NCBI GenBank assembly: GCA_963741945.1
Contig: CAVUKA010000005.1
Coordinates: 416,001-480,000, forward strand
DNA length: 64,000 nucleotides
Source of the DNA: an uncultured Gemmatimonadales bacterium
GTDB taxonomy: Bacteria; Gemmatimonadota; Gemmatimonadetes; Longimicrobiales; RSA9
Direction: 5' to 3'
The notes under the pieces were generated by a model. The model did no database searches and had not been told where the DNA came from. It worked only from the letters and a program-made list of their open reading frames with translations. Position 1 is the stretch's first letter. Each line of letters starts with the position of its first letter. Positions 1-8,774 of this stretch are shown here, piece after piece. The position numbers and the translations under genes were made by a program.

Positions 1-1080
1 CCGTGCGCCATGGGGCTGGCCACGCCCACGGCCGTGATGGCCGGCACGGGCGCGGGCGCCGAGCGCGGCGTGCTCTTCAAGGGAGGCGAATCACTGGAGA
101 CGGCGCACAGGCTGGACACCATCGTGCTGGACAAGACGGGCACGATCACGGAGGGGAAGCCCGCCGTGGTGGAGGTCACCACCGCCGACGGCCTTTCAGA
201 CGACGAGCTCCTCCGCCTCGCCGCCTCCATAGAGACCGCCTCCGAGCACCCCCTCGCCGCCGCCATCGTGGACGCAGCCCGCGCCCGCGAGATCTTCCTC
301 GCGGAGCCGGCCGATTTCTACGCGACGGCGGGGCGTGGGGCGGAAGCGGTGGTGGACGGGCGTCTGATCTTCGTGGGCAACGCCGCGTTCATGGCGGAGC
401 AGGAGATGGACACCGGGCGCCTCTCGGAGGCTGCGGAGCGCATGGCCGCGGAGGCGAGGACGCCCGTGTTCGTGGGGAGCGAGGGGCGAGTGCTGGGGGT
501 GATCGCCGTCGCCGACCCGGTGAAGCCGTCCAGCGCCGCCGCCATCGGCCGGCTCCGGTCCATGGGGCTCGAAGTGGTCATGCTGACCGGTGACCACCGG
601 GCGACGGCCGAGGCCATAGCGCGCCAGGTCGGGGTCGACCGGGTCGTCGCCGAGGTGCTGCCCCGCGGGAAGGTGGAGGAGATCCAGCGGCTCCAGGCGG
701 ACGGCCGCAAGGTCGGCATGGTGGGCGACGGGCTGAACGACGCCCCGGCGCTGGCGCAGGCCGACATCGGGATCGCCATCGGCACGGGGACGGATGTGGC
801 GCTGGAGGCGTCGGACGTCACGCTCATGGGCGGCGACCTGAACGGCGTCCCCGACGCGATCCACCTGTCGCGCCGAACCATGCGGGTGATCAAGCAGAAC
901 CTGTTCTGGGCGTTCATCTACAACGCCATCGGGATCCCCATTGCTGCCGGCGTGCTCTACCCGGTCTGGGGGATCCTGCTGTCGCCCGTGATCGGGAGCG
1001 CCGCCATGGCGATGAGTTCCGTGAGCGTGGTGACCAATTCCCTCCGCCTGCGGCGGCTGGGCAAGAACGCAAATTACTGA
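1..1080 (+). CDS. copA: Heavy-metal (Cu+) translocating P1B-type ATPase, 5'-truncated by window edge
   Basis: Frame opens at base 1 as ...[10 protein letters not shown] (CPC motif). Contains DKTGT phosphorylation motif, [14 protein letters not shown], and the Cu+ P1B-1 signatures YN and MAMSS. Followed by copZ. Confidence 0.95.
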   Translation, partial: PCAMGLATPTAVMAGTGAGAERGVLFKGGESLETAHRLDTIVLDKTGTITEGKPAVVEVTTADGLSDDELLRLAASIETASEHPLAAAIVDAARAREIFLAEPADFYATAGRGAEAVVDGRLIFVGNAAFMAEQEMDTGRLSEAAERMAAEARTPVFVGSEGRVLGVIAVADPVKPSSAAAIGRLRSMGLEVVMLTGDHRATAEAIARQVGVDRVVAEVLPRGKVEEIQRLQADGRKVGMVGDGLNDAPALAQADIGIAIGTGTDVALEASDVTLMGGDLNGVPDAIHLSRRTMRVIKQNLFWAFIYNAIGIPIAAGVLYPVWGILLSPVIGSAAMAMSSVSVVTNSLRLRRLGKNANY

Positions 1081-1104
1081 CCCTGAATCCAGGAGGAGCC
1101 GAAA

Positions 1105-1320
1105 ATGGCGAGAACGACGTTGAACGTGACCGGCATGACCTGCAATCACTGCGTGCACACGGTGAAGAGCGCGCTGGAGGCCGTTTCGGGCGTGCGGAGC
1201 GCCCGCGTGGACCTGGACAACGGGCGTGCCGTGGTGGATTACGACGATGGCCTGACCAGCCCACGCGAGATGAGCGCGGCCGTGGCCGACGCCGGTTACC
1301 AGGCGGAAGCGCAGGCGTGA
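1105..1320 (+). CDS. copZ: Copper chaperone (HMA domain)
   Basis: 71 aa with GMTCNHC metal-binding motif; AGGAGG SD upstream; adjacent to copA. Confidence 0.92.
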   Translation: MARTTLNVTGMTCNHCVHTVKSALEAVSGVRSARVDLDNGRAVVDYDDGLTSPREMSAAVADAGYQAEAQA

Positions 1321-1348
1321 CGGGCTGAGCTCGGCGCCGCACGTCTGA

Positions 1349-1402
1349 CGGGAGCCGGCCTGCGCCCCACCGCTCGGCGGCCCGGGGCCCAGGCCGGTTT
1401 CG
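1349..1402. terminator. Possible bidirectional hairpin terminator
   Basis: CGGGAGCCGGCCTG / CAGGCCGGTTTCG imperfect inverted repeat between convergent genes; weak T tract. Confidence 0.4.
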
Positions 1403-1407
1403 TTCGG

Positions 1408-2436
1408 CTACCGCTCCGCGCGGAGGAAGATGTAGGCGTCGGCCACGTCGCGCATCGTGTAGCCGCCGGGGAGGATCTCCATGGCGAGCCCGGGCGACGT
1501 GGGGGTCAGGACCGGGTCCTGCACTGCGGTGAACGCCCTGTCCACGCGCACGCCGGCCGCCCTGCCGAGCTCACGGCTCACCGGTCGGTAGAGCGACGTG
1601 CCGTGGTATTCCGGAATCGCCCCCAGCACGCCCGAGGCCGGACGCCCGGCGTCCAGCAGCACGGTGCGCGTGTCGTCGGCGGCGCGGCGGCGGAGCAGGT
1701 CCCCGAGCCAGGTCACTTCCTCTTCGTTCCCGCCCGCCGAGCGCAGCACGCCGCGCGTTCCGTGGAGCGTCAGGTACCCGTCCATGAACACCAGGATGCG
1801 CGCATCCGGGTTGACGGACAGGAGCTGCTCATCCATCTGCCGCAGCATGTGGGCGGGACGCCTCGCGTAGAGGGCCGCCACCCGCTCCGGCCGCGTCCCA
1901 TCGGGGGGCGGCCAGCCCGGCAGGTCGGCCGCGATCACGCGCACCCGCCGGGCCGCACCCACATCCCGGTTCACAGACCGCACCGCGCGGTAGATGTCCA
2001 GGAAGGCGCGGGCGGTTCCGTCCGCCTCGCGGACGGCGGCAGGGCGTGAAAGCAGGGCCGTGGCGTCTTCCGCGGGGCTCGAGAGGTACGCGTCGATGTA
2101 CGGCTGCTCGTCGCTCGGCACCTCCAGCACCACCGCGTCCAGACCGGGGCCTTCCGCCAGCGACCGGATCGCCGTCGATGCCAGCCGCTTCGGCCCCACC
2201 TGCCCGTGTTCGTCCGCGAGCAGCAGCACGCGGGAGCCACGCCCCATGGCCACCAGCAGGTCCGTCGGCTCGCGACCGTCCTCCTGCAGACGCTGGATCA
2301 GCGGTCGAAGCTCCTGGTCTCCCGTGTTGTCCAGGTATACGGCCACCGCCACGGCGACCACCAGCGCCGCCAGCGCCACACCGCCGCCCCGCTGCCACGA
2401 CATCGGCTGCCGCATCCACCGTTTCCGTCGAGCCAT
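1408..2436 (-). CDS. Membrane-anchored hypothetical protein, possibly ChaN/EreA-like fold
   Basis: N-terminal TM segment. VLLLADEHGQ and AVVLEVP resemble the GExH / xxxE elements of the EreA/ChaN superfamily (weak). Confidence 0.6.
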   Translation of the reverse strand: MARRKRWMRQPMSWQRGGGVALAALVVAVAVAVYLDNTGDQELRPLIQRLQEDGREPTDLLVAMGRGSRVLLLADEHGQVGPKRLASTAIRSLAEGPGLDAVVLEVPSDEQPYIDAYLSSPAEDATALLSRPAAVREADGTARAFLDIYRAVRSVNRDVGAARRVRVIAADLPGWPPPDGTRPERVAALYARRPAHMLRQMDEQLLSVNPDARILVFMDGYLTLHGTRGVLRSAGGNEEEVTWLGDLLRRRAADDTRTVLLDAGRPASGVLGAIPEYHGTSLYRPVSRELGRAAGVRVDRAFTAVQDPVLTPTSPGLAMEILPGGYTMRDVADAYIFLRAER

Positions 2437-2451
2437 GCCAGCTCCCCCGGC

Positions 2452-4446
2452 TCAGCCGCCGGTCCACACGTTGTTGGACCGGTCGATGTCGGGGAAATAG
2501 TGCTGCGCGTCGATCTCGACCCGGGTCACCGGATCACCCGCGGGCAGTGTGATGCTCACGCGATCCTTCCCCGTGAGCCATGCGTCCACGGGAATGGTCC
2601 GCTCGCTGGTCTCCGTTCCCCGGGTGATCGTGAGCGGGGTGGGCATGGGCACCCACCCGAGGTCACTGATGGTGACCCGCGTCTCGCCATCCGGCAGCCG
2701 CTCCACGCCGGACACCGCCTGGTCCAGCCACCATTTCCCGTCCCAGCTGCTCTCGTAGTACCAGCTGCGCCAGAACCAGTCGAGATCGCGTCCGCTCACG
2801 TCCTCGAACGTGTTGAACAGGTCCCACGGGTACGGGTGCTTGAACGCCCAGCGGTCGAAGAACGCCCGGAACGCGTCCATGAACGTGTCCTCCCCGAGGA
2901 CCCCGGTGAGGGCGTGCAGCAGCGTCGCCGGCTTCGCATAGGAGGCCACGCCGTAGGCCGGGCCGGGATAGTGGAAGTCGGACCAGCGCATGATCGGACC
3001 TTCCACACGCGCCCGCGCCACCTGCGCGTACGTCTGCTGCTCCTGCAGGAACGGGTTGGAGCCGGGATAGAAGCTGGCATACGCATTGTCTTCGAGGAAA
3101 CTGGTGGTCCCCTCGTCCATCCACGCGTAGCGACGCTCGTTCGTGCTCACCATCATGGGCACCCACTCGTGCCCCAGCTCGTGGGCGATCACGCCATAGA
3201 GCGCCGTGTCCGGCCGCCCTTCGTACGCCCCGATGAGCGTCATCATGGGGAACTCCATCCCGCCGCCGATGATGCCACCGCCCTCCACGGCCGACATGTG
3301 GCTCCACGCGTACGGCAGCCCCGTGAAATCGGAGTGGAAGGCAATGGACTGCCGCGCGAAGCCGGCCGCCTCCGCCCATGTCTTCGCGTCCTTCCGCCAG
3401 AACGCGTCGACACGCGCGAAGTCCGTCGCCCCATCCCCGTCGCGGTCGCCCACTGCCGTGCGCTCCGCGTCCCACGCGAAGTCCTTCATCACCGCGAACG
3501 CCGCGTCGTGCACGCTGTCCGCCACGAAATGCCAGCTCAGCCGGCCGTCCGGAGCGTCCATGGTGGCGGAGGAGGCGCCGTCGTGCGTCACCACGTGCAC
3601 CACCGTGTCGCTGGACTCCGCCTGCCGCAGCCGCTCCACCACGTCGCCCTGGAGCACTTCGTCGGCGTTGTCGAGCCGACCGGTCCCCATGACGATCCAG
3701 CCGGATGGCGCATCGACGGTGATGTCGTAGGAGGCGAAGTCGGCGTAGAACTCGGCGGTCCCTCGGAACGCATCGGCGTGCCACCCGATGATGTCGTCGT
3801 AAACCGCCATCTGGGGATACCAGTAGCCGAGATACAGGAGGTTGTCCCGGCTGTACCCCATGCGCCCACCCACGCCCGACTGCGGGAGCTCGAAATTGAA
3901 GTCCAGCGCGAGATCGACGGTGTCCCCGGGCTGCACCGGCCGGGGAGGGACGATATACATGACGGTCCCCTGCACAGCCCAGCCCGCCTGTCCCTGGCTC
4001 TCCGTGGTCCCGAGCTCCTGACCGTCCACGGCCACCCGCTCGATGGTCATCCCGCCCGTCACTTCGGCCGGCCGGTTCCGCTCCACGCCCGCCTCGTGAA
4101 CGTTCTGCGTCACGTTCAGAACGAGCACCGGCAGCGGGCCCGGCGAGTTGTTGTGGTACCGGATCGTCTCCGACCCGTTCAGCGTCTTCGCGTCCACGTC
4201 CACCCTCGCCTCGATGGCATAGTCCGCCCACTGCAGCCAGTACGCCGGGCCCGGCTCGCCCGTGGTCGTGCGCGTGTGTCTCGCCACCGCCCGCTCGAAC
4301 GTCGGTGGGGGCAGCACCGGGTACGGCACCGGCCGCGCGGCAGCGGACTCGGCGGGCAGAGGCGCGGTGGGCGACGGTGCGGCTGCGGGGACGGACACGC
4401 ACGCGCCGGCGGCGAGCGCGAGCAGGGGGATGATCAGGCGACGCAT
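2452..4446 (-). CDS. M1 family zinc aminopeptidase (lipoprotein)
   Basis: Lipobox AGAC; GGMEFP (GAMEN-like); HELGHEW...WMDEG (HExxH-x18-E). Confidence 0.92.
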   Translation of the reverse strand: MRRLIIPLLALAAGACVSVPAAAPSPTAPLPAESAAARPVPYPVLPPPTFERAVARHTRTTTGEPGPAYWLQWADYAIEARVDVDAKTLNGSETIRYHNNSPGPLPVLVLNVTQNVHEAGVERNRPAEVTGGMTIERVAVDGQELGTTESQGQAGWAVQGTVMYIVPPRPVQPGDTVDLALDFNFELPQSGVGGRMGYSRDNLLYLGYWYPQMAVYDDIIGWHADAFRGTAEFYADFASYDITVDAPSGWIVMGTGRLDNADEVLQGDVVERLRQAESSDTVVHVVTHDGASSATMDAPDGRLSWHFVADSVHDAAFAVMKDFAWDAERTAVGDRDGDGATDFARVDAFWRKDAKTWAEAAGFARQSIAFHSDFTGLPYAWSHMSAVEGGGIIGGGMEFPMMTLIGAYEGRPDTALYGVIAHELGHEWVPMMVSTNERRYAWMDEGTTSFLEDNAYASFYPGSNPFLQEQQTYAQVARARVEGPIMRWSDFHYPGPAYGVASYAKPATLLHALTGVLGEDTFMDAFRAFFDRWAFKHPYPWDLFNTFEDVSGRDLDWFWRSWYYESSWDGKWWLDQAVSGVERLPDGETRVTISDLGWVPMPTPLTITRGTETSERTIPVDAWLTGKDRVSITLPAGDPVTRVEIDAQHYFPDIDRSNNVWTGG

Positions 4447-4577
4447 CGGCTCTTCTCCGTCGGGTTTCTGTGTTCGGGGTTCTCAACCTCGGCCGGGGTG
4501 TCACGGCCCGCAAGACAGGGGCCCGCGCTCCCGCGACGCCCGCTGCATGACCTCCCGCCGCCGCAGGTCCGGCCGGG

Positions 4578-5465
4578 TCAGCCTTTCAGGCCGGTCAGCT
4601 GGATCCCGCGAATGAAGTACCGCTGTGCGAAGACGAACAGCACAAGGATGGGGAGGATGGCCACCACGGACGCCGCCATCTGGTACGGCCAGTTCGCGTA
4701 GTAGATGCCGGCGAAGCGGGCGATCCCCACTTCCACGGTGCGCATGTCCGTGGAGCGGGTGACGATGAGCGGCCAGAGGAACCCCTTCCACTGGTCCACG
4801 AAGATGAAGAGCGCCACAGTGGCCAGCGCGGGCCGGGCGAGCGGGAGGGCGATGCGCGTGAACACCCTCCATTCGCTGGCTCCGTCGATCCGGGCTGCGT
4901 CCTCCAGGTCCCGGGGCACCGACAGGAAGTACTGTCGCAGGAGGAAGATCCCCCAGACCTGCACCAGCTCCGTCACGATCAGCCCCTGGAACGTGTCCAC
5001 CCAGCCGAACGCGTTCACGAGCAGGAAGCGCGGGATCAGCAGCACGATCCCCGGCACCATGAGCGTGGAGAGGTAGAGCAGGAAAATGCGGTCGCGCCCC
5101 GGGAACTCCAGCCTGGCGAACGCATAGCCGGCCGTGGCCGAGGAGAGGAGCGTCCCCAGCACCACGGCCACACTGGTCACCCCGGAGACCAGGAAGAACC
5201 GCCCGAACGGCAGCGCGGTCAGCGCTTCCGGGTAGTTCTGCCACCGCGGGTGCGCGGGTACGAGGGGCGGTGGGAAGCGGAACACCTCCAGCTCATCCAT
5301 GAGCGACGTGCTGACCATGTAGAGGAAAGGCGCCAGCATCGTGAGCGCCACCACGGACAGCAGCGCGTACGTCAGCGCCCGCCTCCACCCCGCCTCGCCG
5401 TCGCTTCCTCCCCGGCCGACCCCCTTGAAGCGCCTCTCCGCGGCACCCGCCATGCCCGCGCTCAT
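4578..5465 (-). CDS. Carbohydrate ABC transporter permease (MalG-like)
   Basis: EAA loop DLEDAARIDGAS; multiple TMs. ATG at 5465 overlaps the upstream stop (ATGA). The ORF-track extension to 7229 is a shadow frame. Confidence 0.93.
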   Translation of the reverse strand: MSAGMAGAAERRFKGVGRGGSDGEAGWRRALTYALLSVVALTMLAPFLYMVSTSLMDELEVFRFPPPLVPAHPRWQNYPEALTALPFGRFFLVSGVTSVAVVLGTLLSSATAGYAFARLEFPGRDRIFLLYLSTLMVPGIVLLIPRFLLVNAFGWVDTFQGLIVTELVQVWGIFLLRQYFLSVPRDLEDAARIDGASEWRVFTRIALPLARPALATVALFIFVDQWKGFLWPLIVTRSTDMRTVEVGIARFAGIYYANWPYQMAASVVAILPILVLFVFAQRYFIRGIQLTGLKG

Positions 5466-7162
5466 GCCCGCTCCCTCCCGATCCACCGCCACTGCGCCAT
5501 GGTCAGCGCGAAGACCACCGCGAACAGCACCCATGCCATGGCCGAGGCGTACCCCATCCGCAGGTACTCCCACGCGTTCCGGTAGATGTGGTACACGATC
5601 ACGTCCGTGGCGTGGAGTGGGCCGCCCTCCGTCATGACGTACACGGCGGTGAACACCTGGAACATGAAGATCACCATGGTGACCAGCACGAAGAACGTGG
5701 TGGGGCGGAGCAGTGGCAGCGTGATGTGGCGGAAGCGCTGCCACGGCCCGGCCCCGTCCATGCGCGCGCTCTCGTACAGGCTGGCCGGGATGGACTGGAG
5801 CCCGGCCAGGAAGAGGACCATCATGTAGCCGGCGTACATCCACACCGACATGATCTGAAGCGACAGCATGGCCGTGGCCGGCGACGTGAGCCAGGGCAGT
5901 CCGCCGAGTCCCAGCCGCTCCAGGACCAGGTTGAAGAGTCCGAAGTCCGGCTCGTATATCCACTTCCAGACCAGGCTGATGGCCACGAAGCTGGTGATGT
6001 AGGGGAGAAAGAGGATCGCCCGCACCACGCGCACCCCCCGGAACGGCCGGTTCACCAGCAGCGCCAGCCCGAGCGCCACGGCCATGCCCACGGGCACGAA
6101 GAGCACGTAGACGGCCGTGTTGGCGAGCGAGTGGAGAAACGCCCCGTCGCCCGCAAGCTCCACGTAGTTGGCCAGCCCCACGAACGGGCGCTGCGGCTCG
6201 ACCAGGTTCCAGCGATGGAAGCTGAGCCAGAGCGCGAACGCGATCGGCCCCAGGGAGAACACCAGCAGGTGCGCCAGGGATGGCGCGAGGAAAGCCCAGC
6301 CCGTGGCCGCCTCGCGCAGCGCGAGCCGCTGCCGGTCGAGCGGAAGGAGCGACACGCCCACCCCCGCCACCACCAGCCACGCCGCCCCAACCACGCCCAC
6401 CGCCGGCGCGGCCCGCGGGGCCAGCAGCACCACGGACGCGGCAAGGCCGGCGCCGGGAGCCAGGACGGCTGCAGCGCGCATCCACGCCGGCCGCGCTTCG
6501 GTGATCCGGAGCGCGAGCCAGGCAAGGACGAGCGCCACCACACCCCCCAGGAGCGGCCATCCCGCGAAACGGGCGGGGAACGGCCCGCGCCGCGCCACGA
6601 CTACGGCTCCCAGCGTCTCCCACTCCGTTGCGTCGTGCAGCGGCGCCACCGCCACCATTCGGCCGTCCATCCTGGCCTCGAACGGCCGATCGAGGCGGTC
6701 CAGCCGGGCCACTACCCCCGCGGGCAGCCGCCGGGGGAATGCAGGGCCAGGCTCCACATTCCACAAATGGCCGGTCTCGCCATGGTCCTTTCCCACAATG
6801 TCCTTGTGGCTCGTACCGGAGTCGGGGGCAACGCCGGATTGTAGACCGGAAAGTGGATTGTGGAGCCTGGCCCTGGGCCGGGGCAGAGCCGTACTCAGCG
6901 CAAAGCCGGCGTCCGAGCGGCGGTACATCGCCACGTCGTAGCTGTCCCCGGCAGGGAGGATCGCGGCTCCGACCGATATGGACCCGTTCTCCGCCGCGTC
7001 CGGGGCCAGCGCGCGCCACCGCTCCGCCACAGCTCCGGCCACCGTCGCGTCCGCCGCCGACCGGCCCTCCCGCGCATGCGCGCCGACCAGCCCCGACATC
7101 AGCGCGGCCGAGAGCGCGAGTGGCCCGAGGATGAGCCAGCCCCGGACGGCGCGGCCGGTCAT
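5462..7162 (-). CDS. Sugar ABC transporter permease (MalF-like) with long N-terminal extension
   Basis: C-terminal half has SLYESARMDGAG EAA loop and typical TMs. ATGA-coupled to the SBP gene. The N-terminal ~290 aa has extra TMs and a soluble region carrying a palindromic insert. Confidence 0.92.
   Translation of the reverse strand: MTGRAVRGWLILGPLALSAALMSGLVGAHAREGRSAADATVAGAVAERWRALAPDAAENGSISVGAAILPAGDSYDVAMYRRSDAGFALSTALPRPRARLHNPLSGLQSGVAPDSGTSHKDIVGKDHGETGHLWNVEPGPAFPRRLPAGVVARLDRLDRPFEARMDGRMVAVAPLHDATEWETLGAVVVARRGPFPARFAGWPLLGGVVALVLAWLALRITEARPAWMRAAAVLAPGAGLAASVVLLAPRAAPAVGVVGAAWLVVAGVGVSLLPLDRQRLALREAATGWAFLAPSLAHLLVFSLGPIAFALWLSFHRWNLVEPQRPFVGLANYVELAGDGAFLHSLANTAVYVLFVPVGMAVALGLALLVNRPFRGVRVVRAILFLPYITSFVAISLVWKWIYEPDFGLFNLVLERLGLGGLPWLTSPATAMLSLQIMSVWMYAGYMMVLFLAGLQSIPASLYESARMDGAGPWQRFRHITLPLLRPTTFFVLVTMVIFMFQVFTAVYVMTEGGPLHATDVIVYHIYRNAWEYLRMGYASAMAWVLFAVVFALTMAQWRWIGRERA
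6742..6875. mobile_element. Palindromic MITE/REP-like element inserted in frame within the permease CDS
   Basis: 23-bp terminal inverted repeats with 1 mismatch (CAGGGCCAGGCTCCACATTCCAC 6742-6764; GTGGATTGTGGAGCCTGGCCCTG 6853-6875), inner IRs CCGGTCT/AGACCGG and CCACAA/TTGTGG. About 61% GC versus about 77% in the adjacent 60 bp (6681-6740). Confidence 0.75.
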
Positions 7163-8463
7163 GGCCCCGGCTCCAGGAGACCGTCGATCCGCACCGCCAG
7201 GTCGTGCGCCACAGAGTCCACGGGCTCACCCGCCACCAGCGGCCGGTCGAGGAGGTCGAACAGCGCGTCCTGCACTTCCCGCCACTTCTCGACTCTCGCG
7301 CCCCACGTGTTGCGGCCCGTGGGCACGGCCTCCAGGAACACCCGCTCCCGGCCCGTGGTGTCCCCCGCCGCCACCTCCTCGGCCACTTCCGGGATCGATG
7401 GCACGGCCAGCCCGCTCGCCGCGCGCATCCGCTGCGCGGTGGTCGAGGAGAGGAAAGCGGCCAACTCCACGGCCCAGCGACGGTGCTCCGCCGCCTTCGG
7501 CACCGCCCACCCCGACGCGTACAGCACCGTTACCGGGTCCACTCCTGCGCGGGTCGGCATCGGCACCACGCCATAGTGCAGCCGCCCCGCTGCCTCCTGC
7601 GGCGCCAGGGTCGGTCCCGCCCAGTGCCCGGACTGGAGCATGGCCACCTGGCCGCTGTAGAACATGCGGCTCAGACCGCCCAGGCCGCGTCGGAACATCT
7701 CGACCCTCGGCGCGACGCGCCATTTCCGCACCAGGTCCAGGTAGAATGAAACCGCCGCCACCGTGGCCGGGGAATCCAGGTAGCCCGTGGCCCGGTACCC
7801 GCCATCGTCGCGGGCCCCGAGCAGCTCGCCCCCACCCGCCCAGATCCACGTCTGCAGATAGAAGAAGTCCCGGGGCCATCCGAACCCCCAGACGTCCGGC
7901 TCACCATCCCCGTCCCTGTCCCGCGTCAGCCGCCTCGCCGTCTCCAGGAACTCCGCCCACGTCCATCCCGCCCGCGGATACGGCACGCCCGCCGCATCGA
8001 AGACGTCCTTGTTGTAGTAGATCACCATCGGCGTGAAGTCCTTCGGGAACGCCCACAGCGCGCTGTCCCCCGAAGCGGCCGGCGTTCGGAAGAGCGACAG
8101 GATCCGCGGATCGTACGCCGGCAGGTCTACGCCCACCCGGCTCACATACGGCGACAGGTCCAGCAGCACGCCCCGGTTCACGAACGCCGGGATGTCGATC
8201 CCATCCAGCAGGAACACGGCCGGCGGGGCGCCCCCGGCGATCGAGATCAGCACCTTCTCACGGTAGATCCCTGACCCTTCCAGCGACTCCATGCACACCG
8301 GGATCTCCGGATGCCTCGTCCGGAACGAGTCCACCACCGCCCGGTCCAGCGACAGCTCCCGGTAGTCCGCCCACGAAACCGCGCGGATGCAGTCTCCGTC
8401 GCTACCACCGCAGGCGGCGAGCAGCGCCACCACTATTACCATGCAGTTGATCAGTGCGCGCAC
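7159..8463 (-). CDS. Sugar ABC transporter substrate-binding lipoprotein
   Basis: Lipobox LAAC; SBP_bac_1/8-like motifs (IYYNKDVFDAAGV, WTWAEF, FYSGQVAM). Start is GTG 8463 or ATG 8442. Confidence 0.9.
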   Translation of the reverse strand: MRALINCMVIVVALLAACGGSDGDCIRAVSWADYRELSLDRAVVDSFRTRHPEIPVCMESLEGSGIYREKVLISIAGGAPPAVFLLDGIDIPAFVNRGVLLDLSPYVSRVGVDLPAYDPRILSLFRTPAASGDSALWAFPKDFTPMVIYYNKDVFDAAGVPYPRAGWTWAEFLETARRLTRDRDGDGEPDVWGFGWPRDFFYLQTWIWAGGGELLGARDDGGYRATGYLDSPATVAAVSFYLDLVRKWRVAPRVEMFRRGLGGLSRMFYSGQVAMLQSGHWAGPTLAPQEAAGRLHYGVVPMPTRAGVDPVTVLYASGWAVPKAAEHRRWAVELAAFLSSTTAQRMRAASGLAVPSIPEVAEEVAAGDTTGRERVFLEAVPTGRNTWGARVEKWREVQDALFDLLDRPLVAGEPVDSVAHDLAVRIDGLLEPGP

Positions 8464-8512
8464 TTTGACTATCTTTGTTCGTTCCGTTCCGATCTCGACT
8501 TCAGGAGGATCC

Positions 8513-8701
8513 ATGGACGAGGTGGCCAAGGATGCAAAGCGGCTGCTCCTCCGGTACGGCGCTCCCATCGCCGTCGTTAATCAGCTATCGGACGATGACC
8601 GGATCAGTTATGCGCGATCCATCGTGCGCACCACGCTCGGCGATCGGCCGGCAAAGGTGAAAGAGCTCCTGTCCGAGGGTGGGTGGCTCGACCAGGGCTG
8701 A
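8513..8701 (+). CDS. Small (62 aa) hypothetical protein
   Basis: AGGAGG SD 4 nt upstream of ATG 8513; helical-looking sequence MDEVAKDAKRLLLRYGAP...; own intrinsic terminator; fills an otherwise empty gap. Confidence 0.75.
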   Translation: MDEVAKDAKRLLLRYGAPIAVVNQLSDDDRISYARSIVRTTLGDRPAKVKELLSEGGWLDQG

Positions 8702-8724
8702 TCGCCGCGGACATCCGGCTGCAT

Positions 8725-8761
8725 CAGAGCGCCCGGCCCGAAAGCCGGGCGCTCTGCTTTT
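8725..8761 (+). terminator. Rho-independent terminator
   Basis: Perfect 13-bp stem CAGAGCGCCCGGC / GCCGGGCGCTCTG, 6-nt loop, followed by CTTTT. Confidence 0.8.
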
Positions 8762-8774
8762 CCCCACGCCGGCT

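Noticed and set aside
2206-4701. Long antisense or alternative-frame ORFs (e.g. 2206-4701, 11846-13822, 26357-28228, 31910-33727, 49236-51131)
   Set aside because: Shadow ORFs typical of high-GC DNA, overlapping well-supported genes and lacking motifs.
6750-6866. Cluster of TCCACA as DnaA boxes / origin
   Set aside because: None matches TTATCCACA, they lie inside a CDS, and they are explained by the palindromic element's arms.
5466-7229. 883-aa ORF suggesting a giant permease fusion
   Set aside because: The N-terminal part is an Arg/Gly-rich shadow frame overlapping the real permease; the true start is ATG 5465.
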